A stretch of DNA of 33,950 nucleotides from Pseudohongiella sp. Lineage in GTDB: Bacteria; Pseudomonadota; Gammaproteobacteria; Pseudomonadales; Pseudohongiellaceae. The translations under genes were made by a program, and so were the position numbers. Each line of letters begins with the position of its first letter. Position 1 is the first letter of the stretch. Where the stretch lies: positions 1 through 33,950 of the forward strand of contig JAUSPW010000620.1 of NCBI GenBank assembly GCA_030652635.1, given 5' to 3'. Below are positions 22,714-32,908 of the stretch, piece after piece. Below the pieces are notes generated by a model that was not told the DNA's origin, did no database searches, and saw only the letters and a program-made list of their open reading frames with translations.

Positions 22714-22777
22714 ATCAAATTTCTCTCACGGCAAACCTGCCGGAGATACAGCAATTTTTGTAAGGTGGAAAGCGATC

Positions 22778-24139
22778 GTGGCAGAAGCAACTCAAAATTC
22801 AAACCAACTTGCCCGCATGCTGGCAAACGCTAATGGCAATACCCATCAGCGGCCCAGCGCGGTGATTACGTCCATGGAAAAACCCAAGCGTATCGGACTG
22901 ATTATTTTTTTCTTGGTGTTTGGTGTATTTGGAGTCTGGGCGTCTGTAGCCCCCCTTGATGGTGCTGCACATGCACCTGGCTCGGTGACAGTGCGCTCTA
23001 ACAGGCAACTGGTTCAGCATCTGGAAGGTGGCATTGTCAGTGAGATCCTGGCACGCAACGGGGACGTTGTGCGCGCTGGTGATCCTTTATTGATTCTGGA
23101 TAATACTCAGTCTCTGGCGCAGCTCGAAATAGCCACCTCGCAGTATCTTGCCATGCGCGCCATGGAAGCTCGCTTGATGGCCGAGCGTGATGGCCTGGAC
23201 CAAATCAACTTTCCAGCGGATTTAACCGCCAGCGCGCAAAATGCTCAACAAGAAATAGCCTCTCAGTCTCAAATATTTCTCACACGCAAAGCTGCGCTGG
23301 AAGGCAGTGTTGAGGTGCTTGAACAGCGTATTGGGCAGCTGCAATCACGACTGGGCGGATTGCGGGCTTTGCAAGAAAGTAAACAAGATCTTGCTAACTC
23401 GTTTGCAGAAGAGTTACGCGATGTTCAGGCTTTGTTAGTTGAAGGTTTTGCAGACAAAAATCGCTTACGTGAATTGGAGCGCAATGCGGCGATGCTGCGC
23501 GGCGAAGCTGCAGAATTGACGGCCAGCATTTCGTCAACCGAGATCGAAATTGGCGAAACGCGCTTGCAGATTCTGCAGCAGGAACTGCAATTCCAGAATG
23601 AGGTTGCCAATCAACTGGCCGAAACTCAGACCTCATTGAAAGATGCATCAGAACGTATGACCGCCATCCGCTCGATTGTTACGCGAACAACAATCACTGC
23701 ACCTGTGGCTGGAGTCGTCAACGGTATGCAGGTACATACCATTGGTGGTGTTGTCCCCCCCGGACAGCCACTGGCAGATATAGTCCCTCAAAACGAAGAG
23801 CTGATTATTGAAGCCCGTATATCACCTATTGATATCGATCGTATTGCAGTTGGCCAGGAAGCAACAATCAGGTTTTCGAGTTTCAGCAGTTCAGTCCCTA
23901 ATATTTATGGCAAGGTTATACACATTTCTGCAGATGCCTACACCGATCCAAACACTGGCATGAGCTATTATGGCGCCCGCGTTGAGGTCACCCCAGAGGG
24001 CTTGGAAGACTTAGGCAATCTGATCCTTATACCGGGCATGCCCGCAGAAGTGTTCATTACAACTGGATCGCGCACGTTGATGCAGTACTTTATGAAACCA
24101 TTTTCCAATGCGCTAGCGCGAAGTTTTATAGAAGACTGA
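22778..24139 (+). CDS. Type I secretion membrane fusion protein (HlyD/PrtE/RsaE family)
   Basis: TM followed by APLDGA..APG, VQHLEGGIV, coiled coil, I.AP..G.V and PGMPAEVFI.TG.RT. Start uncertain (GTG 22778 chosen). Confidence 0.93.
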   Translation: MAEATQNSNQLARMLANANGNTHQRPSAVITSMEKPKRIGLIIFFLVFGVFGVWASVAPLDGAAHAPGSVTVRSNRQLVQHLEGGIVSEILARNGDVVRAGDPLLILDNTQSLAQLEIATSQYLAMRAMEARLMAERDGLDQINFPADLTASAQNAQQEIASQSQIFLTRKAALEGSVEVLEQRIGQLQSRLGGLRALQESKQDLANSFAEELRDVQALLVEGFADKNRLRELERNAAMLRGEAAELTASISSTEIEIGETRLQILQQELQFQNEVANQLAETQTSLKDASERMTAIRSIVTRTTITAPVAGVVNGMQVHTIGGVVPPGQPLADIVPQNEELIIEARISPIDIDRIAVGQEATIRFSSFSSSVPNIYGKVIHISADAYTDPNTGMSYYGARVEVTPEGLEDLGNLILIPGMPAEVFITTGSRTLMQYFMKPFSNALARSFIED

Positions 24140-25584
24140 TGCCCATGAAACGTGTTCCCGAGTATTTCTGTAAGGCATCAAATGCTGGCATGGCCTGCTT
24201 GACACTTGGCAGCGCTGGTCTGCTGTTGATTGCGACTCTTGGCGCGATGGCACCCGCTCACGCACAAAACCCAGCCCAAGCTCAGCATACTGCCGCAGAT
24301 AATCAGGTCAGTAACACTGCGCTTGAAACGGGTATTGGCCAAACACTGGAGGATTTTTTTACTGCAGCACTGGAATACAGCCCCAGACTCCAGGTTGCTG
24401 AAGCAAAGCGTGATATTGGTGCTGCCCGTCGACGCAGCGCCAACGGACAACTTCTACCGCAAATCAGTGCAAGCGCAAGTATTTCTGACAATCGACAAGA
24501 TGCCTTGAATCGCATCAGTGAGTACCGCGGTGAACGGCTGGCGCTGGTGCTGCGACAAGTGCTGTTTGACTGGCGAGTTTTTTCTCAGCGCGGTCAAGCA
24601 TATGCCTTGGAAAATCAGCTGGAAGCAGAGTACTTCGCAGAGCTGTCTGTAGTACTGACCAGCGTAGCGGAACGTTATTTTGATGTGCTGCAAGCCGAAG
24701 ATGCTCTGAGATCCATACAGTCTGAAAGGGAATCTGTTCGCAATCAGGTCAGTCAGGTTGAAAGATTGTATGGATTACAAATGGCACAGATTACCGACCT
24801 GTATGATGCTCAGGCACGCTTGTCGGCAGTCGAGGCTGAAGAACTCTTGTTGTCCAGCGATGTGACACTGACACGCGATGCGCTGCGATCAGCCACCGGC
24901 CTCGGTGTCGGTAGTTTGTACGTGCTTGGCGAGGGCTCAGCACTGCCAGAAGTCGATGGCAATCTGGAAGATTGGGTACAACGGGCACGACAGGGCAACC
25001 ATCAGATCCGGGCGCGTGAATACTCTGTCGAAATTGCTGACCGTCGAGTGTCTGAGCAACGCGGAGCTTACCTGCCGCGCGTCAACCTAGTTCTTCAGCA
25101 GCAACGCTCAGACCTAGGCTTCGATAACGTTCCCATCAGTCGAACGGACAGCGGCTATGTTGGTCTTGATATTTCAGTGCCGCTGTTTGCCGGCGGTTCT
25201 ATTAGAGCCGGCGTCAGCGAAGCTGTCAGTCAACAGTCAATTGCGCGCAGTGAACTGCGGCAGCTGAATCTTGATGTCAGCGAACAAACTCGCTTGTCGT
25301 TTTTGCGCCTGAAAGCTGCTGAACGTCAGATTGAAGCGGCAGAAAAACTATTGGAATCGCGCACGCTTGCAACCACCGCAAGACGACGAGGTTTTGAATT
25401 AGGGACCGTTACCAGTGTGAGTGTACTGGACGCAGTACGAGAACAGTTTATGGCTGAGCGCGATCTGCAGCGAATTCGTTACGACTATATCCGCCTGAGC
25501 TTGTACCTGCGACGCGATGCCGGAGTGCTTACCTCGGATGATTTGATTGATATTGGCAATCGACTCGATCTGCCCGCGCAGTAG
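24139..25584 (+). CDS. TolC-family outer-membrane protein (PrtF/RsaF-like)
   Basis: Signal region, LLPQI, L.Q.LFD, AERYF.VL, YLPRV.L, VPLFAGG and GFELG; start overlaps the MFP stop. Confidence 0.92.
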   Translation: MPMKRVPEYFCKASNAGMACLTLGSAGLLLIATLGAMAPAHAQNPAQAQHTAADNQVSNTALETGIGQTLEDFFTAALEYSPRLQVAEAKRDIGAARRRSANGQLLPQISASASISDNRQDALNRISEYRGERLALVLRQVLFDWRVFSQRGQAYALENQLEAEYFAELSVVLTSVAERYFDVLQAEDALRSIQSERESVRNQVSQVERLYGLQMAQITDLYDAQARLSAVEAEELLLSSDVTLTRDALRSATGLGVGSLYVLGEGSALPEVDGNLEDWVQRARQGNHQIRAREYSVEIADRRVSEQRGAYLPRVNLVLQQQRSDLGFDNVPISRTDSGYVGLDISVPLFAGGSIRAGVSEAVSQQSIARSELRQLNLDVSEQTRLSFLRLKAAERQIEAAEKLLESRTLATTARRRGFELGTVTSVSVLDAVREQFMAERDLQRIRYDYIRLSLYLRRDAGVLTSDDLIDIGNRLDLPAQ

Positions 25585-25596
25585 AATATTCCGCAG

Positions 25597-27078
25597 TCAT
25601 TCCACCAGCAGATTAATCGCTTGCTGGTGGAAATACAGTTCATTCGGATTGCTATCAAGGCCATAACCAATCAAAAAATCGACGCTGATGCTGCTGATGT
25701 TGATGTCAGCGGCCGCGAAGTTTTTAAGCACCTCCAGCCGCTCGATTGCGCTAAACACACGTCGTTCTGCAACCGGCACCGCCTCAATGTCTGGTCGATA
25801 GGTCACAAAGTCGCCCGTTGCGTTTTTTACCAGCGTTTCTCCGTCGCTGGTGATGGCAGCCATGACCAGAAATCCCGCTTGCCCTTGATGTTGCGGATCA
25901 ATCTCGATCTGTCCGATCACGTCAAAACGCTGGGTCGGAGTCACCCGGTTAGTAAAGGTTTTGCCGCCATCACGGGTCACGCCACCCGAAAAGCGAGCGT
26001 TGGATACCCCGCCCTGAAAACTTTGTTTTCCTGCGAGCTGCAACAGTCCCGGGGTGCTGTAGCTAACTGACAGGCGATAAGTGCCGGTATTTGTCAGACC
26101 CGCGCAAACATCGCCAAGGCTGCTGTAGGTATTGACCATGACAATATAGCGCCCGGGTGTCACATCCGCCTGCAAGGCGGGGGTACAGTTGCCACTGCGG
26201 CTCTCGGCAATGCTCAGAATTTTGAGTTTTTCATCGGCCAGCAACAACACGCCGTGTAGCGCGCCATCTCTGCGCATATCAATGTTGAGGCGCTTATTTT
26301 CGGTGATATCCAGGGTATAAACATCCACAAAACTGGTGTCCGAACCACCCACAATGAGCTGCTGTACTCTGCAGTCACCCGCTGCCAACTGCCCATTACG
26401 CCAACCAAAATTGAGTGCGGTATTGGGGCAGTTATTAAAGCCTCCATACAGTGTATTTACGCCGTCGATATCATCCTGTTGCAACTCATACAGACTGCCT
26501 ATGCGGGCGTTCATGATTGCCGGGCGCGTATTGTCGTGACCCAGACCAAGCACGTGACCCAGTTCATGAAGCGCAACGCGCTTGAAGTCGAATTCGGCTC
26601 TGCCATTAGAGCCATTGCGCAAAGGTCCGTCATAGACGTCAAAGCTGAGATTGGCGTTAAATACAATATCCGCTTCAACGATATCTGCAGAACCCAAGGT
26701 ATTTGGCTCCTGAAAATACAAAGTCACGGCTAAGGTGGTATCGGGCAGTGTATTGCCACATTGTGTGGTTCGAAAGTCTGAACCATTCAGATAATCAGGG
26801 CGTTGACCACTTGAATAGCCAAAACATGGATCCCGGTATTCATTAACAATATTGAACGTGAAGTCGGTTTTTTCATTCCACTGCCGAGCGGCATCTGCCA
26901 TGGCATCTGCCCAACTAATACCACTGCGAGACACACCTGAAATGTTTGTGTAGACCGTGGTAACACCACCCGGCCATTTGGCACCGTTGGAGCCTATATT
27001 GTAGGCGTGCGCCGCACTGAGAATGGCGCTGGTCAAACCGGCGATTATCAGCAATCTCCACCCCAAGCGCCTCATCAT
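25597..27078 (-). CDS. Secreted matrixin-like (metzincin) zinc metalloprotease with C-terminal accessory domains
   Basis: Signal peptide; EADIVFN; HELGHVLGLGH; Met-turn AIM; L.QDDI.G...LYG; PPC-like beta domain (D.YTL...PG.Y). Confidence 0.88.
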   Translation of the reverse strand: MMRRLGWRLLIIAGLTSAILSAAHAYNIGSNGAKWPGGVTTVYTNISGVSRSGISWADAMADAARQWNEKTDFTFNIVNEYRDPCFGYSSGQRPDYLNGSDFRTTQCGNTLPDTTLAVTLYFQEPNTLGSADIVEADIVFNANLSFDVYDGPLRNGSNGRAEFDFKRVALHELGHVLGLGHDNTRPAIMNARIGSLYELQQDDIDGVNTLYGGFNNCPNTALNFGWRNGQLAAGDCRVQQLIVGGSDTSFVDVYTLDITENKRLNIDMRRDGALHGVLLLADEKLKILSIAESRSGNCTPALQADVTPGRYIVMVNTYSSLGDVCAGLTNTGTYRLSVSYSTPGLLQLAGKQSFQGGVSNARFSGGVTRDGGKTFTNRVTPTQRFDVIGQIEIDPQHQGQAGFLVMAAITSDGETLVKNATGDFVTYRPDIEAVPVAERRVFSAIERLEVLKNFAAADINISSISVDFLIGYGLDSNPNELYFHQQAINLLVE

Positions 27079-27776
27079 GGCACCTGCTGCTGGACATCCA
27101 GCATGAGTTGAATTTGAGCCCGGAAATCGCTGGCACTCATGGCATCCTCGACCGGCAGATCTTGCGCGGTTATGACGCCGCGGGCTGCGCCGTTATCCTC
27201 CAGAATACGGATCGAATCTTCCAGCGCTTCAGCCACAGTTTCTGATGCCGGGTCAGCCGCTGGCACCAGCGCCAGGCCGGTCACCGGAGCGTGATCAGCC
27301 GTCAGCACGCGACTTGCGCCACGTTGGTCCGATTCCAGCAAAAAGTGTCCCTGAGACCAACCCACCAGCGGGTGGATCAATGCTTCCTGCAGGGATTCAA
27401 CAAAAAATATGCCGGTTTCGCCAGTTTCTGGCACCTGCATCCCCTGCACGACCAAACGACGACCATCAACTTCGCCGCCCAGAAACTGCAGACTTATCTC
27501 CGGCTCCAGATAGCTACCCTTGATGACGTTGATCACGTCAAAGGTGACGCGGGTGTGAATACTTCTTGGCCCGGTCTGTATGGTTTCAACCTTGCTGACA
27601 TGGCCCTCAAAAATCAATTCGGCATGATCAACCACTTCTGAAAATGATAACTGCAAAACTGTGGTCGCCAGGGCAGGGGCGGTTACCAGACACACCAATA
27701 TGAAGGACAATAGTGGAGTCATACGTGGCGCCCACCGCTGTCGTCTTATTGCCAGCCTGGTAAAGGTCTGCCTCAT
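27075..27776 (-). CDS. Exported hypothetical protein coupled to the protease gene
   Basis: Signal peptide ending ALA; TT....S..E....A..IF.G.V, F.V..V.KG, GG.V.G and P...G.SQG.F; 4-bp overlap with the protease start. Confidence 0.75.
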   Translation of the reverse strand: MRQTFTRLAIRRQRWAPRMTPLLSFILVCLVTAPALATTVLQLSFSEVVDHAELIFEGHVSKVETIQTGPRSIHTRVTFDVINVIKGSYLEPEISLQFLGGEVDGRRLVVQGMQVPETGETGIFFVESLQEALIHPLVGWSQGHFLLESDQRGASRVLTADHAPVTGLALVPAADPASETVAEALEDSIRILEDNGAARGVITAQDLPVEDAMSASDFRAQIQLMLDVQQQVP

Positions 27777-27795
27777 TGCTGTTTTACCCCTCACA

Positions 27796-28665
27796 TTAAC
27801 TGCTGCGCATTGCGTTGATGACATCGATCAATTCATGTCGCCAGTGTGCCGGCTCACAGTGCAGTTGGGCAATGGTGTCGCGTTTATCCAGCACACTGAA
27901 AGAAGGTCGCTTTGCAGGTGTTGGATAGGCGGTGCCCGGAATCGGTTTTATTGGTACTGCTTTTTGTAACAGACCAGCGCGTAAGGCTTCGTCTTGTATC
28001 GCAACCGCAAAATCGTACCAGCTGGCCACGCCGGCATCACTCCAGTGCAGAATGCCCGTGGCTTTCTGCTGCAATGCAGCGTCAATACAACGTGCCAGCC
28101 CCCAAGTGGATGTCGGGGTACCAATCTGATCGTCCACCACATTCAGGCTGTCTTTCTCGGCCATCAGACGCAGCATGGTTTTGAGAAAATTTCGACCAAA
28201 CTGGGAATAGACCCACGAGGTACGCAGCACCAGACTGTGTTCAGGCGCCAGATAACGTACGTGTAGTTCGCCTTCTAGCTTGGTGCGCCCATAGATGCTG
28301 AGTGGATCGGTCTGGTCAGTAGGGGTATACGGTCGGTACATACGTCCGCTGAACACAAAATCCGTCGAAATATGCAGCAACCATCGCTTGTTCTCCGCCG
28401 TCCAACTGGCCAGCAGTTTTGGACCCGCCGCATTGGCGGCACGCGCTGTCAGGTCATCGGTCTCGGCTGCATCAACAGCGGTATAGGCCGCCGCGTTGAT
28501 AATGGCGTCGGGCATCAGATCAGACAAGGTGGCGCGCAGTGACTGCTCGTCACTGATATCCAGTTCTGCGCGCGACAGCGCAATCAGTTGGTAACCCGCA
28601 GCGGGCAGTGTCTGCTGCAAGGTCAAACCTAACTGCCCTTGCGCGCCTAACAATACAATCTTCAT
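27796..28665 (-). CDS. rmlD: dTDP-4-dehydrorhamnose reductase
   Basis: GAQGQLG, NAAAYTAVD.AE, HISTDFVF, YGRTKL.GE, VVDDQIG.PT and PTPAKRP. Confidence 0.95.
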   Translation of the reverse strand: MKIVLLGAQGQLGLTLQQTLPAAGYQLIALSRAELDISDEQSLRATLSDLMPDAIINAAAYTAVDAAETDDLTARAANAAGPKLLASWTAENKRWLLHISTDFVFSGRMYRPYTPTDQTDPLSIYGRTKLEGELHVRYLAPEHSLVLRTSWVYSQFGRNFLKTMLRLMAEKDSLNVVDDQIGTPTSTWGLARCIDAALQQKATGILHWSDAGVASWYDFAVAIQDEALRAGLLQKAVPIKPIPGTAYPTPAKRPSFSVLDKRDTIAQLHCEPAHWRHELIDVINAMRSS

Positions 28666-29249
28666 GCCTTTTCCTCGGCACGGGCTGAATGCCCGGCGGT
28701 TTTTACATAGACCGGCGCATCCGCAAATTTCAATCCACCACGATCTTTTGCTGATAGCACGGGTTCAGTACCCGCGTTTAATGGCCAATTTATGTTGAGC
28801 GCAGGGTCATTCCACAGCAGGCTGAATTCGTCGTCCGGCGCATAATAATCAGAACACTTATAGACCATTTCTGCGGTTTCGCTCATCACATAAAATCCAT
28901 GCGCAAACCCCGGCGGCACCCACAACTGTAACTTGTTCTCTGCTGATAACAACATGCCCACACTTTGACCAAACGTGGGCGAGTCTGAACGCATATCCAC
29001 GGCCACATCGTAAATTTCGCCCTGAACAACACGCACCAGTTTGCCTTGCGGTTTTTTCAACTGATAGTGCAACCCTCGCAAGATACCGTGACCGGAGCGG
29101 CTGTGGTTGTCTTGCACAAAACGGGTACCCGGCAACGTGTCATCAAAAAATGACTGACGGAATATTTCCATAAAAAAACCGCGATGATCCCCAAACACCT
29201 TGGGTTCAAACAACAACACGTCGGGGATGGAGGTGGGCGTGATTTTCAT
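28662..29249 (-). CDS. rmlC: dTDP-4-dehydrorhamnose 3,5-epimerase
   Basis: FGDHRGFF.E, FVQDNHS.S, LRGLHYQ, QGKLV, DVAVD.R and GFAHGF. Confidence 0.95.
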   Translation of the reverse strand: MKITPTSIPDVLLFEPKVFGDHRGFFMEIFRQSFFDDTLPGTRFVQDNHSRSGHGILRGLHYQLKKPQGKLVRVVQGEIYDVAVDMRSDSPTFGQSVGMLLSAENKLQLWVPPGFAHGFYVMSETAEMVYKCSDYYAPDDEFSLLWNDPALNINWPLNAGTEPVLSAKDRGGLKFADAPVYVKTAGHSARAEEKA

Positions 29250-29352
29250 ATTCAGACAAGTACTCCAACAATGAGCTATAACAAGGGTGTTCTTGCACCA
29301 GACGCCTTATATGCCGCACTTCACGCGTCAGCGCAGCTGACATAAGCTGCTA

Positions 29353-30285
29353 TTACTTACGGATCAGTTTTAATAAATACTGGCCGTAGCCGCTTTTGGC
29401 CAAAGGTGCGGCCAGCGCGCGCAGCTGCTGCTCATCAATAAACCCGTTGTGATAGGCAATCTCTTCCGGGCAGGCAATTTTTAAGCCTTGGCGCTCCTCG
29501 AGCACACGAATAAAGTTGGCAGCATCCAGCAGAGATTGCACGGTACCCGTGTCCAACCAGGCGGTACCACGATTGAACAGCTCCACTTTTAAATCACCGC
29601 GCGCCAGATAGACTTTGTTCACATCCGTGATTTCGAGTTCGCCACGCGCTGAAGGTTTGATAGTTTTGGCAACATTCACCACGTCGTTGTCATACAGATA
29701 CAGTCCGGTCACCGCGTAGTTCGACTTGGGTTTAAGCGGTTTTTCTTCCAGATCAATGGCAATATTATTTTCGTCCAGCGCGACCACGCCGTAACGTTCA
29801 GGATCATTCACGTAGTATGCAAAGACCGTGGCGCCTTTTTCCTGACGGACGGCATTTTGCAATTTGTCTTCCAACGCATTGCCGTAAAAAATATTGTCGC
29901 CCAGAATCAGACAGACGCTGTCAGAGCCAATAAACGATTCGCCAATCAGAAATGCCTGCGCCAGCCCATCCGGACTGGGCTGTTCGGCATACTGCAGACT
30001 GATGCCCCATTTACTGCCATCACCCAACAGGTGTCGGTACAAGGGCAGGTCGGCGGGCGTGGTGATAATCAGAATTTCGCGAATACCGGCTTGCAGCAAG
30101 GTGCACAGCGGGTAATAAATCATGGGTTTGTCGTACACCGGCATCAGTTGTTTACTGACTGAAATTGTCATCGGGTGCAGTCGTGTGCCGGTGCCGCCGG
30201 CGAGAATAATGCCTTTTGTGGTTCGGGTACCTGATGTGTCTGCCTGACGGGTGTTGGCGGGTGATGAGGGCGACGCGTTGTGCAT
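29353..30285 (-). CDS. rmlA: Glucose-1-phosphate thymidylyltransferase
   Basis: [49 protein letters not shown] and WLDTGT. Confidence 0.96.
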   Translation of the reverse strand: MHNASPSSPANTRQADTSGTRTTKGIILAGGTGTRLHPMTISVSKQLMPVYDKPMIYYPLCTLLQAGIREILIITTPADLPLYRHLLGDGSKWGISLQYAEQPSPDGLAQAFLIGESFIGSDSVCLILGDNIFYGNALEDKLQNAVRQEKGATVFAYYVNDPERYGVVALDENNIAIDLEEKPLKPKSNYAVTGLYLYDNDVVNVAKTIKPSARGELEITDVNKVYLARGDLKVELFNRGTAWLDTGTVQSLLDAANFIRVLEERQGLKIACPEEIAYHNGFIDEQQLRALAAPLAKSGYGQYLLKLIRK

Positions 30286-30307
30286 AAAATTGCAATCCTG
30301 TGAACGG

Positions 30308-31225
30308 CTACTGATCCATGGCTGCCACTATCTGCGGCAAGGTGTTGTAAAACGTCGAGCGGGGATTATAGCCAAGTTGTGCAAGGCTTGCCGCACTGTC
30401 CGCAGTGTAATTGCGCGCCAAGGCACGATAGGAGCGTAATCCCGGCGCGTTATTTAGCGGCAACAGGCGTCCTGCGATTTCCAACAGCAGGGCCGCCGCA
30501 AAAAACACTTGCCTAGGGCTTGCCCATGCCGGCTGGGTTTTCCCAAAGGCTTCGCGCATGGCTCGCTCGAGCTCCTTGATGCGGTAAGACTGGCCGTCCG
30601 TTAACACATGTACTGGCGTCGTGGCGGGGGGTGTTGCGTGTGCAATACAGAGCAACGCTGCACACAAATCCTCCACACCTATCAAGGAAAAAGTATGATC
30701 AAATCTGGGCAGGGGTGGCAACACGCCGCGGCGAATCAAACGCAGCAAGGTCATCAGGTTGCCTTTCATGCCAGGGCCATAGACATTGACTGGCCGCGCA
30801 ATGCTGACAGCAATCTCCCCCCGTGTATGCGCCGCCAGCAACAACTGTTCTGCCTGCCATTTGGAATCGCCATAGGCCGTGCGCGGCTGATCGTAAGCCG
30901 GATCTGCCAGAATGCTGCTGACATAGACAAAATGGCGCACGCCGGCCCTGATGGCAGCGTTGAGCAGATGTTGTGTTCCTGTCACATTCACAGCGTAGAC
31001 GTGACGGATTTGGGCATGATTGACATGGGCGCAGGCCGCCAGATGAAAAACGGTATCGATACCCTCGCATACCGTGGACAAACTTGTTGGCAACAACAGA
31101 TCATGTTGTGGTCGACCCAGCACGCGCACAGGGATATCAGCCTCTTGCAGCTGCCTTAACAAGGTTTTCCCTACAAAGCCGCTCGCGCCGCTGACCAACA
31201 CTGGCAGAGACTTTGTGATAGTCAT
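30308..31225 (-). CDS. NAD-dependent sugar epimerase/dehydratase (extended SDR)
   Basis: GASGFVG, HLAA, NV.GT, YVSS, YGDSK and RP..VYGPG.KGN; lacks the RmlB-specific motifs. Confidence 0.85.
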   Translation of the reverse strand: MTITKSLPVLVSGASGFVGKTLLRQLQEADIPVRVLGRPQHDLLLPTSLSTVCEGIDTVFHLAACAHVNHAQIRHVYAVNVTGTQHLLNAAIRAGVRHFVYVSSILADPAYDQPRTAYGDSKWQAEQLLLAAHTRGEIAVSIARPVNVYGPGMKGNLMTLLRLIRRGVLPPLPRFDHTFSLIGVEDLCAALLCIAHATPPATTPVHVLTDGQSYRIKELERAMREAFGKTQPAWASPRQVFFAAALLLEIAGRLLPLNNAPGLRSYRALARNYTADSAASLAQLGYNPRSTFYNTLPQIVAAMDQ

Positions 31226-32079
31226 ATCCAGCGCCAGCCATGGGTATTAAAAAAGCGCCATGCGGAACGACCAAACATCAGGATGTGACGCAAGCCTTTG
31301 CGGGCACTGTGCCCACCCAAGTGGGTAATATTCATACTTGGCAGATAGGTCAAGGTACCTGATTGGTGTGCTCGGATGGCCAGATCAAAATCTTCAAAAT
31401 ACAAGAAGTACCCAGGATCAAAACCCTGTAATGCCTGCAAGGGCTGGTGGCGGAACAGCATAAAACAGCCACTGATCACGGGAATATCGTTGCTGGCCTG
31501 ATCCTGGGGAAGATCAGTCATTTCATATCGATCGAGGCGTTTGCGAAACAGCGCCTTGACGCGTGCAGGGGCAAACCCTCGCAGTAAAAAGTCCAGCACA
31601 CTCGGAAATCGTTTGCAGGCGGACACCTTGTTGCCATCACCATTCTGTATCGCCGGCGCTACCGCGACGGATGGTGGATGGGCCGCCAGCCAGCTTAAAC
31701 CCTCAACGAGGCTGTCGGGTGCCAGAAAAACATCGGGATTTAACACCAGATAATAATCATGTGCATCGGCGCTGGTAGAAGTAATCACCAGATTATGGGC
31801 GCGACCAAAACCAATATTGCCGTGCCCGCTTTTGAATGATCTTGTATGAGGAATCAATGGTGGCGGCAGTTCTTTTAACAGATCCGCCAAAACATGGCGG
31901 TTTTCAGGTGACTCCGCATTGTCGATCAGATGGATGTGCAACGAACCTATCAGTCCACGCTCGCCCGCCTGATCTGCCGCTGTTTGCAATGAATTCAACG
32001 CCCTGCTGACAACCGGCACGTCAAGGTGGTAAACCACTACCGATACAGTCAGGCAGGGAAGCGGGGCGGGGGAGGACAT
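31222..32079 (-). CDS. GT2 glycosyltransferase (WbbL-like, possible rhamnosyltransferase)
   Basis: IDN, NIGFGRAHN, LNPD, SGCFML and GFD..YFLYFEDFDL. Confidence 0.85.
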   Translation of the reverse strand: MSSPAPLPCLTVSVVVYHLDVPVVSRALNSLQTAADQAGERGLIGSLHIHLIDNAESPENRHVLADLLKELPPPLIPHTRSFKSGHGNIGFGRAHNLVITSTSADAHDYYLVLNPDVFLAPDSLVEGLSWLAAHPPSVAVAPAIQNGDGNKVSACKRFPSVLDFLLRGFAPARVKALFRKRLDRYEMTDLPQDQASNDIPVISGCFMLFRHQPLQALQGFDPGYFLYFEDFDLAIRAHQSGTLTYLPSMNITHLGGHSARKGLRHILMFGRSAWRFFNTHGWRWI

Positions 32080-32814
32080 TTATTCGGTTATGATCCTGTC
32101 GCCGAACGGAGTACGAATCAACCGGCTGCCCGGTGGTACCTCAGATGGATCAATGCGCCGCGGACGGAATCGTTCACCCTCCATCATCTGAACGGGCATT
32201 CCTTCAGCCTCCGCGCGCTCACGCGCAGCACGCAGCGCTGCAGCAAACGGGTTGTCCGGAGAAACTTCCGTGACAGTAGCCTCAGCACCGGATGTAGCTG
32301 CTGTCTCAAATTGCGCTGCCTGTTGAGGGGCCGGCGCTAGGGGTGAGGCTGTGGCAATGCTCAAGCGTGCCTCGCTGACATTGGTGCAATTGACACCTTT
32401 ATCCGATCTCGGTACACACGGTGATGAAGCTGGATGATTGATCACTAATTCCCGGGTACTGGCGGCCGCAATTGTATAACCGGGAAAACCTGGAATGGTG
32501 ACTGGCATTTTGGGATCAAGATCTACGGTAAGTATCTGGCCAGAGGGGCTGCGCACACGAGCACGCCAACGATCCCCCAGTCGGCTGGTGCCTATCATGG
32601 TAAATGGTTCAGCACTGCTGGTCGCAACCTGCACTGACGGCGATTGCTGGATCTGCTGCGGTTCTGGAGCAGCCTGCCGCTCGACAGGTTCAAACAGATT
32701 TAAGGACTCAGCGTTTTGTGCAACGGCAGTATGTCCCAGCAATGACATTATTCCCGTCGCTAACATCAGCACCAGCGCCGGCTTTTTCCACTTATCGCTG
32801 TTATGGCCTGACAT
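32080..32814 (-). CDS. Exported hypothetical protein
   Basis: Signal peptide (AVA-Q); short beta-rich core with two Cys; low-complexity linker; C-terminal PPG.R.IRTPFGD; stop abuts the GT2 start. Confidence 0.7.
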   Translation of the reverse strand: MSGHNSDKWKKPALVLMLATGIMSLLGHTAVAQNAESLNLFEPVERQAAPEPQQIQQSPSVQVATSSAEPFTMIGTSRLGDRWRARVRSPSGQILTVDLDPKMPVTIPGFPGYTIAAASTRELVINHPASSPCVPRSDKGVNCTNVSEARLSIATASPLAPAPQQAAQFETAATSGAEATVTEVSPDNPFAAALRAARERAEAEGMPVQMMEGERFRPRRIDPSEVPPGSRLIRTPFGDRIITE

Positions 32815-32871
32815 GTTGAACCCCGGTGTTTTCTGTTGATGTGACTACTTTGACGTTTGATGTTAGCGCCT

Positions 32872-32908
32872 AGTTTGTTTTGTTTCAAAGAGTTTGGTTT
32901 GTTTCAAA
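32872..32908. repeat. 18-bp tandem direct repeat, period 19
   Basis: AGTTTGTTTTGTTTCAAA (32872-32889) and AGTTTGGTTTGTTTCAAA (32891-32908), one mismatch. Confidence 0.75.

Noticed and set aside
27843-27858. Partial CRP-like site AGTGT-GCCGGC-TCACA upstream of the protease pair
   Set aside because: Lies inside rmlD coding sequence, 8/10 match, and no -10 at a canonical spacing.
30308-31225. Possible rmlB
   Set aside because: Lacks the RmlB motifs AAESHVDRS and STDEVYG; it is a different extended SDR.
32840-32855. Partial CRP-like site TGTGA-CTACTT-TGACG
   Set aside because: Weak second half-site and only about 26 bp from the start codon.
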